A program made the position numbers and the translations under genes. 64,000 nucleotides of DNA from an uncultured Fimbriimonadaceae bacterium (GTDB lineage: Bacteria; Armatimonadota; Fimbriimonadia; Fimbriimonadales; Fimbriimonadaceae). The notes under the pieces are model-generated. The model saw only the letters and a list, made by a program, of their open reading frames with translations. It was not told where the DNA came from and made no database searches. Of this stretch, positions 46,110 through 55,031 are shown piece after piece; positions within the stretch are counted from its first letter, which is position 1, and each line of letters opens with the position of its first letter. The stretch spans positions 2,122 to 66,121 of the forward strand of contig CALGMO010000082.1 in the NCBI GenBank assembly GCA_937961665.1. The letters run 5' to 3'.

Positions 46110-47491
46110 GCTTGCTCCACGCGGAAATCGGTGCCTCCGAGGCGCAGCACGTCGCCGGCCTTGGCGACGGCGTGGCTCACACGCTGGCCGTTCAGAAACG
46201 TGCCGTTGGTGCTCCCGAGGTCGAGCACGGAGAGACCTCCCGGCGCGGGCTCGAGGACCGCGTGCCGACGGCTGGCCATCGGGTCGGCGACCAGTGGCGA
46301 GCCCGGCACGTCCCGGCCCAGCTCCATGCGGGAGGCGACCGGGATCCTCTGCCCCGCCAGCGGCCCGCCCAGCGGCACCAGCGATAGGCCGGCGGACGCC
46401 GCCGCTGGCGACACCGCGATCGTGGGCTGGCCCCCGCCCGAGGGCACGACGACCGTGGGCTGACCGGCCAAAGGCGGGCCGCCCGCGGTGGCCATCGCCA
46501 CGGGCTGGGCGCCGCTGGGGGCCTGCACCTGGGTCTGCCACTGCTGCCGGAGGGCCTCCGCCGCCCGCGCGGGCGCCGAGCCCTCGCGCATCACGAACTC
46601 CAGCCGAGTCGAGCCCACTTGGATCAGCGCCCCGGAGAACAGCGGCACCTGGCGGATCGGCGTGCCGTTCACGAACGTCCCGCCCGGCGCGCCGCAGTCG
46701 GCCAGGTAGTAGGTTCCGCCGTGCAGCTGGATCACCGCGTGCTGGGGAGCCACGGCGGGGTCGTCCAGGATCGGGATGTGCGCCAGCTCGCTCCGGCCGA
46801 TCGTGGTCTCGGCCGCGTCCACGATCCACTCGCGGTACTCGTTGCGCCCGTAGATGCGCCGGACCCAGGCGGTTCGGGTCGCCCGGATGATCAGGCTGGT
46901 GAACAGGCCCACGCCCCCGCCCGTCGCCACCGCCAGGATCGCCCGTCCCGTGGTTCCCACCTCGTCGCCGCCCCGCACCGTCTGCACCAGGGGCGAGAGC
47001 GCCAGGCTGGCGAAGTCGAACGTCAGGCCTCCCAGGCCCGCGCCCAGGGCGCCGCCGACCAGCGCGTAGCGGGCCCTCCGCCAGCTCCTCGAGGGGATCG
47101 CCGCGGCCAGGCCGATCGTCGCCCCGATGGGAACGAACGCCACGAACCGGGCGGGGAGCGTCGTGGCGTGGATCCCCGGCCGGGTCAGCACGTCCCCGAA
47201 GAACAGGCTCGAGAGCGCTCCGCCGAGGCCCGCGCCCACCGTGCCGCCCACCGCCCCCAAGACGAGGCCCGCGCCCAAGCCCCGCCAGACGTGCGCGGGG
47301 CTTCCTTGGGCCCGGCCCTGCACCGCACCCAGCGTGGAGCCCACCAGCGCCCCCAGCAGGGCCATGAAGGTCGCGCCCCACGAGTCCCACCGCGGGTCGA
47401 AGAACATCGTGGGCGCGAAGGGCTCCATCAGCGCGAACGCCGTGAGTCCGGCCACGGCCCCGGCCAGCGCGGTGAACAGCACGAAGCCCAT
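46106..47491 (-). CDS. Polytopic Gly-rich membrane protein with two cytoplasmic FHA domains (first one degenerate)
   Basis: The N-terminal ~200 aa hold GxxxG-rich TM segments. FHA1 reads IGRSE...VAPQHAV...DCGAPGGTFVNG. FHA2 reads LGRD...ASRRHAV...DLGSTNGTFLNG. Confidence 0.8.
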   Translation of the reverse strand: MGFVLFTALAGAVAGLTAFALMEPFAPTMFFDPRWDSWGATFMALLGALVGSTLGAVQGRAQGSPAHVWRGLGAGLVLGAVGGTVGAGLGGALSSLFFGDVLTRPGIHATTLPARFVAFVPIGATIGLAAAIPSRSWRRARYALVGGALGAGLGGLTFDFASLALSPLVQTVRGGDEVGTTGRAILAVATGGGVGLFTSLIIRATRTAWVRRIYGRNEYREWIVDAAETTIGRSELAHIPILDDPAVAPQHAVIQLHGGTYYLADCGAPGGTFVNGTPIRQVPLFSGALIQVGSTRLEFVMREGSAPARAAEALRQQWQTQVQAPSGAQPVAMATAGGPPLAGQPTVVVPSGGGQPTIAVSPAAASAGLSLVPLGGPLAGQRIPVASRMELGRDVPGSPLVADPMASRRHAVLEPAPGGLSVLDLGSTNGTFLNGQRVSHAVAKAGDVLRLGGTDFRVEQA

Positions 47492-47492
47492 G

Positions 47493-48752
47493 TCAACCTT
47501 CGAATCGGTAGCGCGCGGCGCCGAACTGGACGGTGTCGCCCGGCCTCAGCTCCGCTTCCCCTGTGATCTTGACGCCGTTCACGGTCGTTCCGTTCGTGCT
47601 TCCCAGGTCGCGGACCACCACCCTCGGCCCGGAGCGCTCGATCTGGGCGTGCCGGCGGGAGACGGTCGGCTCGTCGGGGATCGCCAGGCCCGCGACCTCC
47701 CGTCCCACCTCGGTGACGCCCTCCGGCAGGTCGAACAGCTCGCCGTGGGCGGACACCAGCCGCGGCCTAGGTGCTGGGGCGGCCCCGGGGGTTGGGTCCG
47801 CGCCCTCGAGGCGGATCGTCGGAGGCGGCTCGGCGGCCTTCGGCTGGGGCGGGGCGGCGCTGGGCGGCTGGGGAGCCTGCCCCTCCGGCACCTGAACCCC
47901 CATCTGCTCCAGCCTCTGCCGAACCCAATCCTTCCGTTGCGCAAGGAGGCGGAACCCGAACCAGACCGCCGCCGCGCCGATCACCAGGCCCACCAGCGCC
48001 CCCCACAGGCCTCCCCCGGGGCGCTCCGCAGGGGCCTCGGTCGCCGGGGGCGCCGCGGGCTCCGACTTCGTCTCGGTCTTGTCCTCGGATTCGGTCTCCC
48101 GCTGAAGGTCCTTGTCGGAGGAGGGTTCCGCCGAGAGGTCCACGTCCACGGGCAGCGCGACGGCCAACAGGCTGGCCCCCTCGGTCTGGGCGGGGGCCGG
48201 GGAGTCGAGCACGAACTTCTTCGGCGCGAACTCGTAGGTCTTGCCGTTCGAGCTGACCATGCCGGACACGGTCACCTCGCCCTTGCGCACCAGGCTGAAG
48301 CGGGCCTCGCCGTTGCCCGCCGGGGAGAGCAGCGCCTCCTGCTGGCGCTGGCGGTCCTTCAGCCGAACCAGTCCGGAGGCCGGCGGGCCGTTGCGCCCCT
48401 GCACCCGCACCGTGACGCCGTCGTAGAACAGGAAGTCCTCCTCCAGAACCTTCGGCGACGCCTTGAGGGCGGCCAGAGGCACGACGGCCACGACCCCCTT
48501 GGCCGGGTCCCACACGGCCAGCGAGTCGGCGCCCTTCTCCGGCGGCTGGAGCTTGTAGCGGGAGGTCGCCCACACCGCGGACCCGGGCTTGGGGGCGGCC
48601 GGGTCGGGCTTCTCGGGCAGAGAGACGGGCAAACCCTCGCAGAGCCACACAACCTTCGGCAGGTCGTCGGGGAGAGCGACGTCGATGGTCTCCTGGGCCA
48701 GCGCGCCCGCCGACAGGAGCACGGTCGCTAGGATGAGGGTTCCAAACCGCAC
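47493..48752 (-). CDS. Single-pass membrane protein: signal peptide, extracytoplasmic Ig/CarboxypepD_reg-like domain, TM helix, Pro-rich linker, C-terminal FHA domain
   Basis: GTG start gives VRFGTLILATVLLSAGALAQ. TM LWGALVGLVIGAAAVWFGF. FHA VGRE...VSRRHAQI...DLGSTNGTTVNG. The stop lies 1 nt before the next start. Confidence 0.75.
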   Translation of the reverse strand: MRFGTLILATVLLSAGALAQETIDVALPDDLPKVVWLCEGLPVSLPEKPDPAAPKPGSAVWATSRYKLQPPEKGADSLAVWDPAKGVVAVVPLAALKASPKVLEEDFLFYDGVTVRVQGRNGPPASGLVRLKDRQRQQEALLSPAGNGEARFSLVRKGEVTVSGMVSSNGKTYEFAPKKFVLDSPAPAQTEGASLLAVALPVDVDLSAEPSSDKDLQRETESEDKTETKSEPAAPPATEAPAERPGGGLWGALVGLVIGAAAVWFGFRLLAQRKDWVRQRLEQMGVQVPEGQAPQPPSAAPPQPKAAEPPPTIRLEGADPTPGAAPAPRPRLVSAHGELFDLPEGVTEVGREVAGLAIPDEPTVSRRHAQIERSGPRVVVRDLGSTNGTTVNGVKITGEAELRPGDTVQFGAARYRFEG

Positions 48753-50281
48753 CTTGAAAGAATTGTAGCCCGCGCCAAGGGCAGGGCATCGGCCAGCTCC
48801 GAAGCGAGGAACCCGAACGATCCCAGGCGCTCCAGAAGCAGATCGCCGGCCAGGCCGTGCCAGTAGGCGCCGCAAGCCGCCGCCGAAAGCTCCGGCATCT
48901 GCTGCGCCAGCATCGCGCCGATCACCCCGCTGAGCACGTCGCCCATGCCCGCGCAGGCCATGCCGGGGTTGCCCGTGGGGTTCACCAGCAGCGGCTCGCC
49001 CTCCTCGGCGGCCACGGTGTAGGCGCCCTTGAGCACGACGGTCTTGCCGAACCGCCGGGCCGCCTCCCGGGCGTATTGGAAACGCCCGTTCTGGACCTCG
49101 GCCGTGCTGGCTCCCATCAGCCGGGCCATCTCGCCCGGATGCGGGGTCAGCACGCAGGGGCCCGAGGGAGGGGCGGCCTGCCCCTGGGCGATGAGGTTCA
49201 GAGCGTCCGCGTCCAGCACCGACGGCCCCTGCCACAGAAGCCACAGCTTGGAGAGCAGCCGGGCCACGGCCGGAGACTGCGTCAGCCCGGGGCCGAACAC
49301 CGCCGCGTCGAACCGGCCGTGCGCCACGATCCGCTCGGCGGCCTCCTCGGCGATCGCGCCGTCGGCCTCCGGCAGGGGCAGCACGCACGCCTCGGGCAGC
49401 TGCGCCGCTACCGCCGCGCACACGGAAGGAACGGAGGCCACGGTGACCAGGCCCGCGCCGGCCCTGAGCGCGCCCCGGGCGGCGAGCGCCGCGGCGCCGG
49501 GATAGTGCGCGCTGCCGGCCACGATCAGCAACCGGCCGCTGTCGCCCTTGTGGCTCGAGCGCATCCGATCGGGCAGCTGCGCGCCCACCCAGGCGTCGTC
49601 CAGCAGAAAGGCGTCGGTGTGCTGCTCCAGGAGCGGTCGGGGGAAGCCGATCGGGTCGACCGACCACTTGCCCGAGTGCTCCATGCCGATCCCCTGGAAG
49701 AGGAACGGCTTGGGCAGGCCGAAGGTGACGGTGCGGCACGCCCAGACGCTCTCGCCCAGCTCCTCGCCGGTGTCGCAGTGGATGCCGCTCGGCAGATCCA
49801 CAGCGATCACGGGGGCGCCGCTGGCGTTGATGGCCTCGATGGCCTCGCGGATCGGTCCCTGAACCTCACCCCTCGCCCCGGTCCCCAGCAGGGCGTCGAC
49901 GATCAGGTCGCGGCACCCGACGCACTCCAGCTTCTCCTGATACTGGTCGTCGCCCACGAACAGCGGTTCGACTCCGGCGGCTTCCGCTTCGGCCAGCCGC
50001 GCGGCGCAGTCGGGAGACAGCTCCTCCCGTCGGGCGGCGATCAGGCAGTCCACGTGGTATCCGTGCCGGTGCGCCAGCCGCGCCACCACCAGGCCGTCGC
50101 CGCCGTTGTTGCCCTTGCCGCACACCACCGTCACGCGCCCGCCGTCCGGCAGCATCTCCTGGACCGCCCGGAACACGGCGTTGCCGGCGTGCTCCATCAG
50201 CTGCGCCGTGGTCATGCCGAAGGCCTCGATGGCCTGGCGGTCGAGCTGTCGGCAGCGCTGCGAGTCGGCGATCCAGTTCAC
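48728..50281 (-). CDS. nnr: Bifunctional NAD(P)H-hydrate repair enzyme Nnr (YjeF_N epimerase plus YjeF_C dehydratase)
   Basis: VVCGKGNNGGDGLV in the N-domain. The C-domain has HKGDSGRLLIVAGS..., VLTPHPGE and GNPGMACAGMGDVLSG. The GTG start overlaps the upstream stop (GTGA 50278-50281). Confidence 0.88.
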   Translation of the reverse strand: MNWIADSQRCRQLDRQAIEAFGMTTAQLMEHAGNAVFRAVQEMLPDGGRVTVVCGKGNNGGDGLVVARLAHRHGYHVDCLIAARREELSPDCAARLAEAEAAGVEPLFVGDDQYQEKLECVGCRDLIVDALLGTGARGEVQGPIREAIEAINASGAPVIAVDLPSGIHCDTGEELGESVWACRTVTFGLPKPFLFQGIGMEHSGKWSVDPIGFPRPLLEQHTDAFLLDDAWVGAQLPDRMRSSHKGDSGRLLIVAGSAHYPGAAALAARGALRAGAGLVTVASVPSVCAAVAAQLPEACVLPLPEADGAIAEEAAERIVAHGRFDAAVFGPGLTQSPAVARLLSKLWLLWQGPSVLDADALNLIAQGQAAPPSGPCVLTPHPGEMARLMGASTAEVQNGRFQYAREAARRFGKTVVLKGAYTVAAEEGEPLLVNPTGNPGMACAGMGDVLSGVIGAMLAQQMPELSAAACGAYWHGLAGDLLLERLGSFGFLASELADALPLARATILSRCGLEPSS

Positions 50282-50904
50282 AGCTCCCACCACCTCAGCT
50301 GGATCGGCGAGCCCGTCCTGCGGGCCGGCATCCACCTCGAGTGGCCGTCTGCGGCGACGCGGTTCAAGCCGCCCCGGAACGACCCCCTGCCCTGCATGAA
50401 GTGATTCTGCCACAGGGCGGTGCGAGGCGGGCTAGCGATGTCGGACTCGGACACGGGGCCGGCGTGCGGCCGGTCCGGAGAGGGGATCGAGTTGACGAAC
50501 ACGAACGCGTTGGCCTGGTAGTTCGTCGACGGCCCGTTCTCCGGCACCGTGCGCTCCTGCAGCGGCGAGAACCAGATCTCGCGGCTGCCGGCGAACGGGG
50601 CCACGGCCACGGCGACGGGGTGGCCGTCGAACCGGTTGGAGCGGTCGCTCGGGTCGTCGCGGGCGAGGGTGTCGCTGAAGGTGCCCGGCACGTGGCGGGG
50701 TCCGAGATCGTGGGGGAACACGCCGTCGTAGGCCTCGGTGTACAGGAGCGTGGCCATCCCGATCTGCCGAAGGTGGGTGAGGCAGGCAGCCTGCTTGGCG
50801 CTCGACTTGGCCGAAGCCAGCACGGGCAGCAGGATGGCCGAGAGGATGGCGACGACGGCCATGACCACCAGCAGCTCGATCAGCGTGAACGCGCTCTTGC
50901 GCAC
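50278..50904 (-). CDS. Prepilin-type N-terminal cleavage/methylation domain protein (pseudopilin-like, H-X9-DG type)
   Basis: MRKSAFTLIELLVVMAVVAILSAILLPVLASAK, then CLTHLRQIGMATLLYTEAYDGVFP and the C-terminal NRVAADGHSRW. Confidence 0.85.
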   Translation of the reverse strand: MRKSAFTLIELLVVMAVVAILSAILLPVLASAKSSAKQAACLTHLRQIGMATLLYTEAYDGVFPHDLGPRHVPGTFSDTLARDDPSDRSNRFDGHPVAVAVAPFAGSREIWFSPLQERTVPENGPSTNYQANAFVFVNSIPSPDRPHAGPVSESDIASPPRTALWQNHFMQGRGSFRGGLNRVAADGHSRWMPARRTGSPIQLRWWEL

Positions 50905-50953
50905 AAACCGTTCTTACGCCGGCTGTCCGCGATGGTTCCCCCGCGGTCCCGCC

Positions 50954-52342
50954 TCAGGGCCGGCCCCGCTCCAGGCCGATGGCGAACAGCTCGGCCTCGC
51001 GGAGGCGGAACAGGAGCCGCCGCGGACGGGGCGCCGATCCGAGGCCGCCGCCTCGCCACCGAACGGCGCGGGAGAGCTCGTCGCCGAACAGCTCCGGGCA
51101 GTCGTCGAAGCCGAATCCGGGGTACGGCCTCGCGGAGGCGTCCGCCACGGCCACCCGCACCTCTCCGGCGGCCGAGGTGGCGTAGTTCAGGCGGAGTTCG
51201 CCGGCATCCTCCGTCAGAGCACGCGTAAGGAACTTGGCCTCGATGCCCGCAGCCAGCGACGCGAACCCGTGAGGGCGAACCGAGCCGCCCATGATCCTCG
51301 GCGTCGCGCCGTAGTGGTCCATCCAGTACGCCAGCCAGCGGTCGGGCCGCCGGATCCAGCCGACCACGGGCGTGTTGTTGCCGTGGGCGTTTCCCCAGTT
51401 CAGGGGGTCGGTGCCGCCCGCGATCCATGCCTGGCCGAAGTGCGTCTCGAAGCGCAGCCCGCCCCGGCCGAACAGCAGCAGCCCGTCGGACACGCCGTCC
51501 ACGTCGCGCGGAGGGTCGCCGATCGCCCTGCGGGAGGGCACGAAGCGCATCGGCATCGCGACGTACAGCCCGGGCGCGCCGGGATACGGCTGGATGCCGT
51601 TGGTGTACAGGTGTTGGCCGCTCAGGGACGGGAACGCGACCCAGTCGCCGGCGGACCACGACGAGAAGTCGGCGGACGTCGCGCGCTTGACCCAGCGCAC
51701 GCCATCCCTGGAGTCGCGGAAGTAGCAGACGTACCGCCCCAGGGCCGGATCGAAGAACGCCGTGTTGAGCGAGTCGAACCGGCCGCCCCGGATGGCGCCA
51801 CGGTTCGAGACGCGCCTCCAACGGAACCCGTCCTGCGAGACCAGCGTGCAGAGGGTCCGCTCCTCGCCGTCCGTACGGTCGATCCAGAACCCCACGGCCT
51901 TGAACCTCGCGTCGGGACGGCACCGGGGATTGGAATCCAGGAACGGGAAGAGGTTGTGCGACTCGCCGTAGCTCGGCCTGTCGGCGGTCCACACCACGTT
52001 CGAGCCGACCGGGGCGGAGGCCTCGAGCCCTCGGGCCGGGCCGCTCCAGCGGCTCCACCGGACGCCGTCGTCGCTCAGCGCCACGCAGGTGAACTCCCGG
52101 GTCCTCTCGCCGCCCGCACGGTAGTACAGCCGGTAGCCGTCCGGAGCCTCCAGAACCGTCGCGTAGCCCGATTCCGGCCCCTCCCACGGCTTGTCCAGGG
52201 TGAGCGCGACGAACGGCGACTCCGGCCGGTGGAGCCGGAACGCGACGGCCGGGGCCGATGGGAAGAGGCCGGGATCGGCCGCCGGGAGCCACAGGGCTTC
52301 GGACGGCGCCACCAGGGTCGTCGCCAGGCAAGCCGCGAGCAT
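50954..52342 (-). CDS. Exported BNR/Asp-box repeat beta-propeller protein (sialidase/glycosidase-like; family unassigned)
   Basis: Three Asp-box-like motifs (SDDGVRWSR, SQDGFRWRR, SRDGVRWVK). Balanced, aromatic-rich composition, unlike the overlapping Arg/Gly shadow ORFs. Confidence 0.6.
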   Translation of the reverse strand: MLAACLATTLVAPSEALWLPAADPGLFPSAPAVAFRLHRPESPFVALTLDKPWEGPESGYATVLEAPDGYRLYYRAGGERTREFTCVALSDDGVRWSRWSGPARGLEASAPVGSNVVWTADRPSYGESHNLFPFLDSNPRCRPDARFKAVGFWIDRTDGEERTLCTLVSQDGFRWRRVSNRGAIRGGRFDSLNTAFFDPALGRYVCYFRDSRDGVRWVKRATSADFSSWSAGDWVAFPSLSGQHLYTNGIQPYPGAPGLYVAMPMRFVPSRRAIGDPPRDVDGVSDGLLLFGRGGLRFETHFGQAWIAGGTDPLNWGNAHGNNTPVVGWIRRPDRWLAYWMDHYGATPRIMGGSVRPHGFASLAAGIEAKFLTRALTEDAGELRLNYATSAAGEVRVAVADASARPYPGFGFDDCPELFGDELSRAVRWRGGGLGSAPRPRRLLFRLREAELFAIGLERGRP

Positions 52343-52386
52343 GCCGCGCAGACTACCGCAGTCGCGGGCGCAGGTAACCTCGCTCC

Positions 52387-53265
52387 ATGCTGGGATGGGC
52401 CATGGCCATCGCGGAGTGGGACCGGACGCTGGGGGTACCCCCGATCCTCTCGAGGCGGGCGGTCGCGGAGGCGCCGGGCGGATGGCCGGGCGACTCGGTG
52501 GAGATCCGGGACGGCGAGCGGAGGCTGCGGCTGTACGTCCCCTCGGCCTGGAGGCCGGGGCGCGACGTGGAGCTGACCATCAACTTCCACTCCGCGGGCT
52601 GGCACGCGGCCCAGGAGCACGCCGCGCGGGGCATTCGAGGGCCGTTGCTGCAGGTCTCGGCGGGGGTGGGGTCGCGGGCCTACGAGGCGCTGTTCGCCGA
52701 CGGACGGACCGCCGACCGCTGGTTCGAGCCGGTCCTCCGAGAGCTACGGAAGCGCGGCGCTCCGGCCGACGCGCGGATCGTCGCTCTGGACGTGAGCAGC
52801 TTCAGCGCGGGCTATGGCGCGGTGCGGCTGATGGTCCGGGATCCCGGCGTGTTCCCGCTTCTGCGCAGGGTGGTGCTCGCCGATTCGCTGTACGGCGACC
52901 TCGACCCGAGCAAGCCGGGGCGCGTGCCGGCGGCGGAGGACGTCGAGGTCTGGCTGCCCCTCGCCCAGGCTGCGATGCGCCGGGAGAAAACGTTCCTGAT
53001 CACCGTGAGCGAGGTTCCGACCGATTACGCCAGCAGCTGGGAGTGCGCGGCGGCCATCGCCAGGGCCGTCGGGGGTGAGCTGCGGCCTGTGGAGCCCGGA
53101 AGCTGCTCGGCCACGCTGGACCGCGAGCACCCCCTCAAGGCCAGATTCGACTCGGGGTTCCTCCACATCTGGGGCTACGGCGGCGCGGACGGCCCTGCGC
53201 ACATGAGCCACGTCCACCACCTGGCCGACCTCTGGATGGCCCTGGACCGCTCCAAGCGGGCCTAA
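52387..53265 (+). CDS. Hypothetical protein, esterase/alpha-beta-hydrolase-like
   Basis: RLRLYVPSAWRPGRDVELTINFHS resembles esterase N-termini. The possible nucleophile elbow VSSFSAGYG is not a canonical GxSxG. The start may be an internal Met. Confidence 0.5.
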   Translation: MLGWAMAIAEWDRTLGVPPILSRRAVAEAPGGWPGDSVEIRDGERRLRLYVPSAWRPGRDVELTINFHSAGWHAAQEHAARGIRGPLLQVSAGVGSRAYEALFADGRTADRWFEPVLRELRKRGAPADARIVALDVSSFSAGYGAVRLMVRDPGVFPLLRRVVLADSLYGDLDPSKPGRVPAAEDVEVWLPLAQAAMRREKTFLITVSEVPTDYASSWECAAAIARAVGGELRPVEPGSCSATLDREHPLKARFDSGFLHIWGYGGADGPAHMSHVHHLADLWMALDRSKRA

Positions 53266-53290
53266 AGGCCCAGGCGGTAAGCTCTCCTCC

Positions 53291-53935
53291 ATGCGCATCG
53301 TGCTGGTTGGACCTCCCGGCGTGGGCAAGGGAACCCAGGCCGCCCTGTTGCAGCAGCGCCACGGCGCCCTGCACATCTCCTCCGGCGACATCTTCCGCGC
53401 CGAGCTGAAGGCCGAGACCGAGCTGGGCAAGCTCGCCAAGAGCTACATGGAGCGCGGCGAGCTGGTGCCGGACGACGTGACGATCCGGATGATGGCCACC
53501 CGCCTCGATTCGCCCGAGGTGAGGGAGAAGGGCTTTCTGCTCGACGGCTTCCCGCGCACCGTCGCCCAGGCCGAGGCGCTGGACGAGTGGTTCCGGCAGA
53601 ACGGCATCCAGCTGGACGCCGTGATCGCGCTGGAGGTGGAGGACGACGAGGTGGTGCGCAGGCTGTCCGGCCGTCTGACGTGCAAGCAGTGCGGCGCGAT
53701 CTACCACCGCGAGAACCATCCGCCGAGGGTCGAGGGCGTGTGCGACGCGTGCGGCGGCGAGCTGATCGTTCGGAAGGACGACCAGGAGGAGACGATCCGC
53801 GAGCGGCTGCGGGTGTACCACGAGACGACCAAGCCCGTGGTGGACTACTACGAGCGCCAAGGCCTGGTGCGACGCATCGAGGCCCGCGAGGTCGAGAGCA
53901 CCTACGCCAAAATCAAGGCCGCTCTAGCCTTGTGA
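53291..53935 (+). CDS. adk: Adenylate kinase (long form with Cys4 zinc lid)
   Basis: P-loop GPPGVGKGTQA. LID with CKQCG...CDACGG. Length 214 aa. Confidence 0.95.
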   Translation: MRIVLVGPPGVGKGTQAALLQQRHGALHISSGDIFRAELKAETELGKLAKSYMERGELVPDDVTIRMMATRLDSPEVREKGFLLDGFPRTVAQAEALDEWFRQNGIQLDAVIALEVEDDEVVRRLSGRLTCKQCGAIYHRENHPPRVEGVCDACGGELIVRKDDQEETIRERLRVYHETTKPVVDYYERQGLVRRIEAREVESTYAKIKAALAL

Positions 53936-54684
53936 TCACCCTCAAGTCCCCCGAACAGATCGAGAAGATGCGGGCCGCCGGCCGTCTGCTGGCCAAGGCC
54001 CTGCGTGCGATGGGCGACGCGATCGTCCCCGGGCGCACCACGACCGCCGACCTCGACGCCCTCGCCGAGGAGATCGTTCGGGCCGAAGGCGGCGTGCCGG
54101 CGTTCAAGGGTTATCGCGGCTTCCCGGCCAGCGTCTGCGCGTCCGTCAACGAGGAGGTGGTCCACGGGATTCCCTCGCCGGAGCGGGTGCTGCAGCCAGG
54201 GGACATCGTGGGCCTCGACCTCGGCGTGACGCTCGACGGATGGAACGCCGACGCCGCCTGGACGTTCCCCGTGGGCGAGGTGGACCCCGCCGTCCAGCGC
54301 CTGCTCAACGTCACCCGGGAGAGCCTGTTCCAGGGAATCGCCAAGGCCCGCGTCGGCAATCGGATCGGCGACGTGGCCTCGGCCATCCAGCGGTACGTCG
54401 AGAAGAACGGCTATTCGGTCGTGCGGGACCTCGTCGGGCACGGCATCGGCCGGTCGATCCACGAGGAGCCCAGCGTGCCGAACTTCGGCAGGCCGGGGCA
54501 GGGGCCGGTGCTCCGGGAGGGCATGACGATCTGCATCGAGCCGATGGTGAACATGGGCACGTGGAAGGTCCGCACCCTGCAGGACCAGTGGACCATGGTC
54601 GCGGCGGACGGAAAGCCGTCGGCGCACTTCGAGCACACGGTCGCGATCACCAAGGACGGGCCGCTCATTCTCACGCTTCCCTAG
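53932..54684 (+). CDS. map: Type I methionine aminopeptidase
   Basis: The GTG start overlaps the adk stop (GTGA 53932-53935). Motifs VCASVNEEVVHGIP, DLGVTLDGWNAD, GHGIGRSIHEEP and EPMV..., FEHT. Confidence 0.92.
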   Translation: MITLKSPEQIEKMRAAGRLLAKALRAMGDAIVPGRTTTADLDALAEEIVRAEGGVPAFKGYRGFPASVCASVNEEVVHGIPSPERVLQPGDIVGLDLGVTLDGWNADAAWTFPVGEVDPAVQRLLNVTRESLFQGIAKARVGNRIGDVASAIQRYVEKNGYSVVRDLVGHGIGRSIHEEPSVPNFGRPGQGPVLREGMTICIEPMVNMGTWKVRTLQDQWTMVAADGKPSAHFEHTVAITKDGPLILTLP

Positions 54685-54730
54685 CCTCGTCGGCCCGCAT
54701 CGGCTACAATAGGCGAGATCCAGGGGGAAT

Positions 54731-54985
54731 ATGCGCAGAGGCCGACCGCACAAGCCGCAGCAGGACAAAGAGAAGGGAATCGAGGTCGAGGGGACCGTCG
54801 TGGAGAACGTGGGCAACGCCCAGTTCAAGATCCGCTTGGACGAGGGGGACGGCGTGGAGGTGCTCGGGCACGTGAGCGGCAAGATGAGGATGCACTGGAT
54901 CCGCATCCTGCCGGGCGACCGCGTGCGCGTCGAGCTGTCTCCGTACGACCTCACGCGCGGACGCATCGTCTACCGATACCGCTGA
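54731..54985 (+). CDS. infA: Translation initiation factor IF-1 (with a ~12-aa basic N-terminal extension)
   Basis: The S1-like core [68 protein letters not shown] is unmistakable IF-1. Confidence 0.93.
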   Translation: MRRGRPHKPQQDKEKGIEVEGTVVENVGNAQFKIRLDEGDGVEVLGHVSGKMRMHWIRILPGDRVRVELSPYDLTRGRIVYRYR

Positions 54986-55031
54986 GCGCCCTTTTCGGCT
55001 CCGTCTCGTGCCAGACTTGGCCGAGGCGAAC

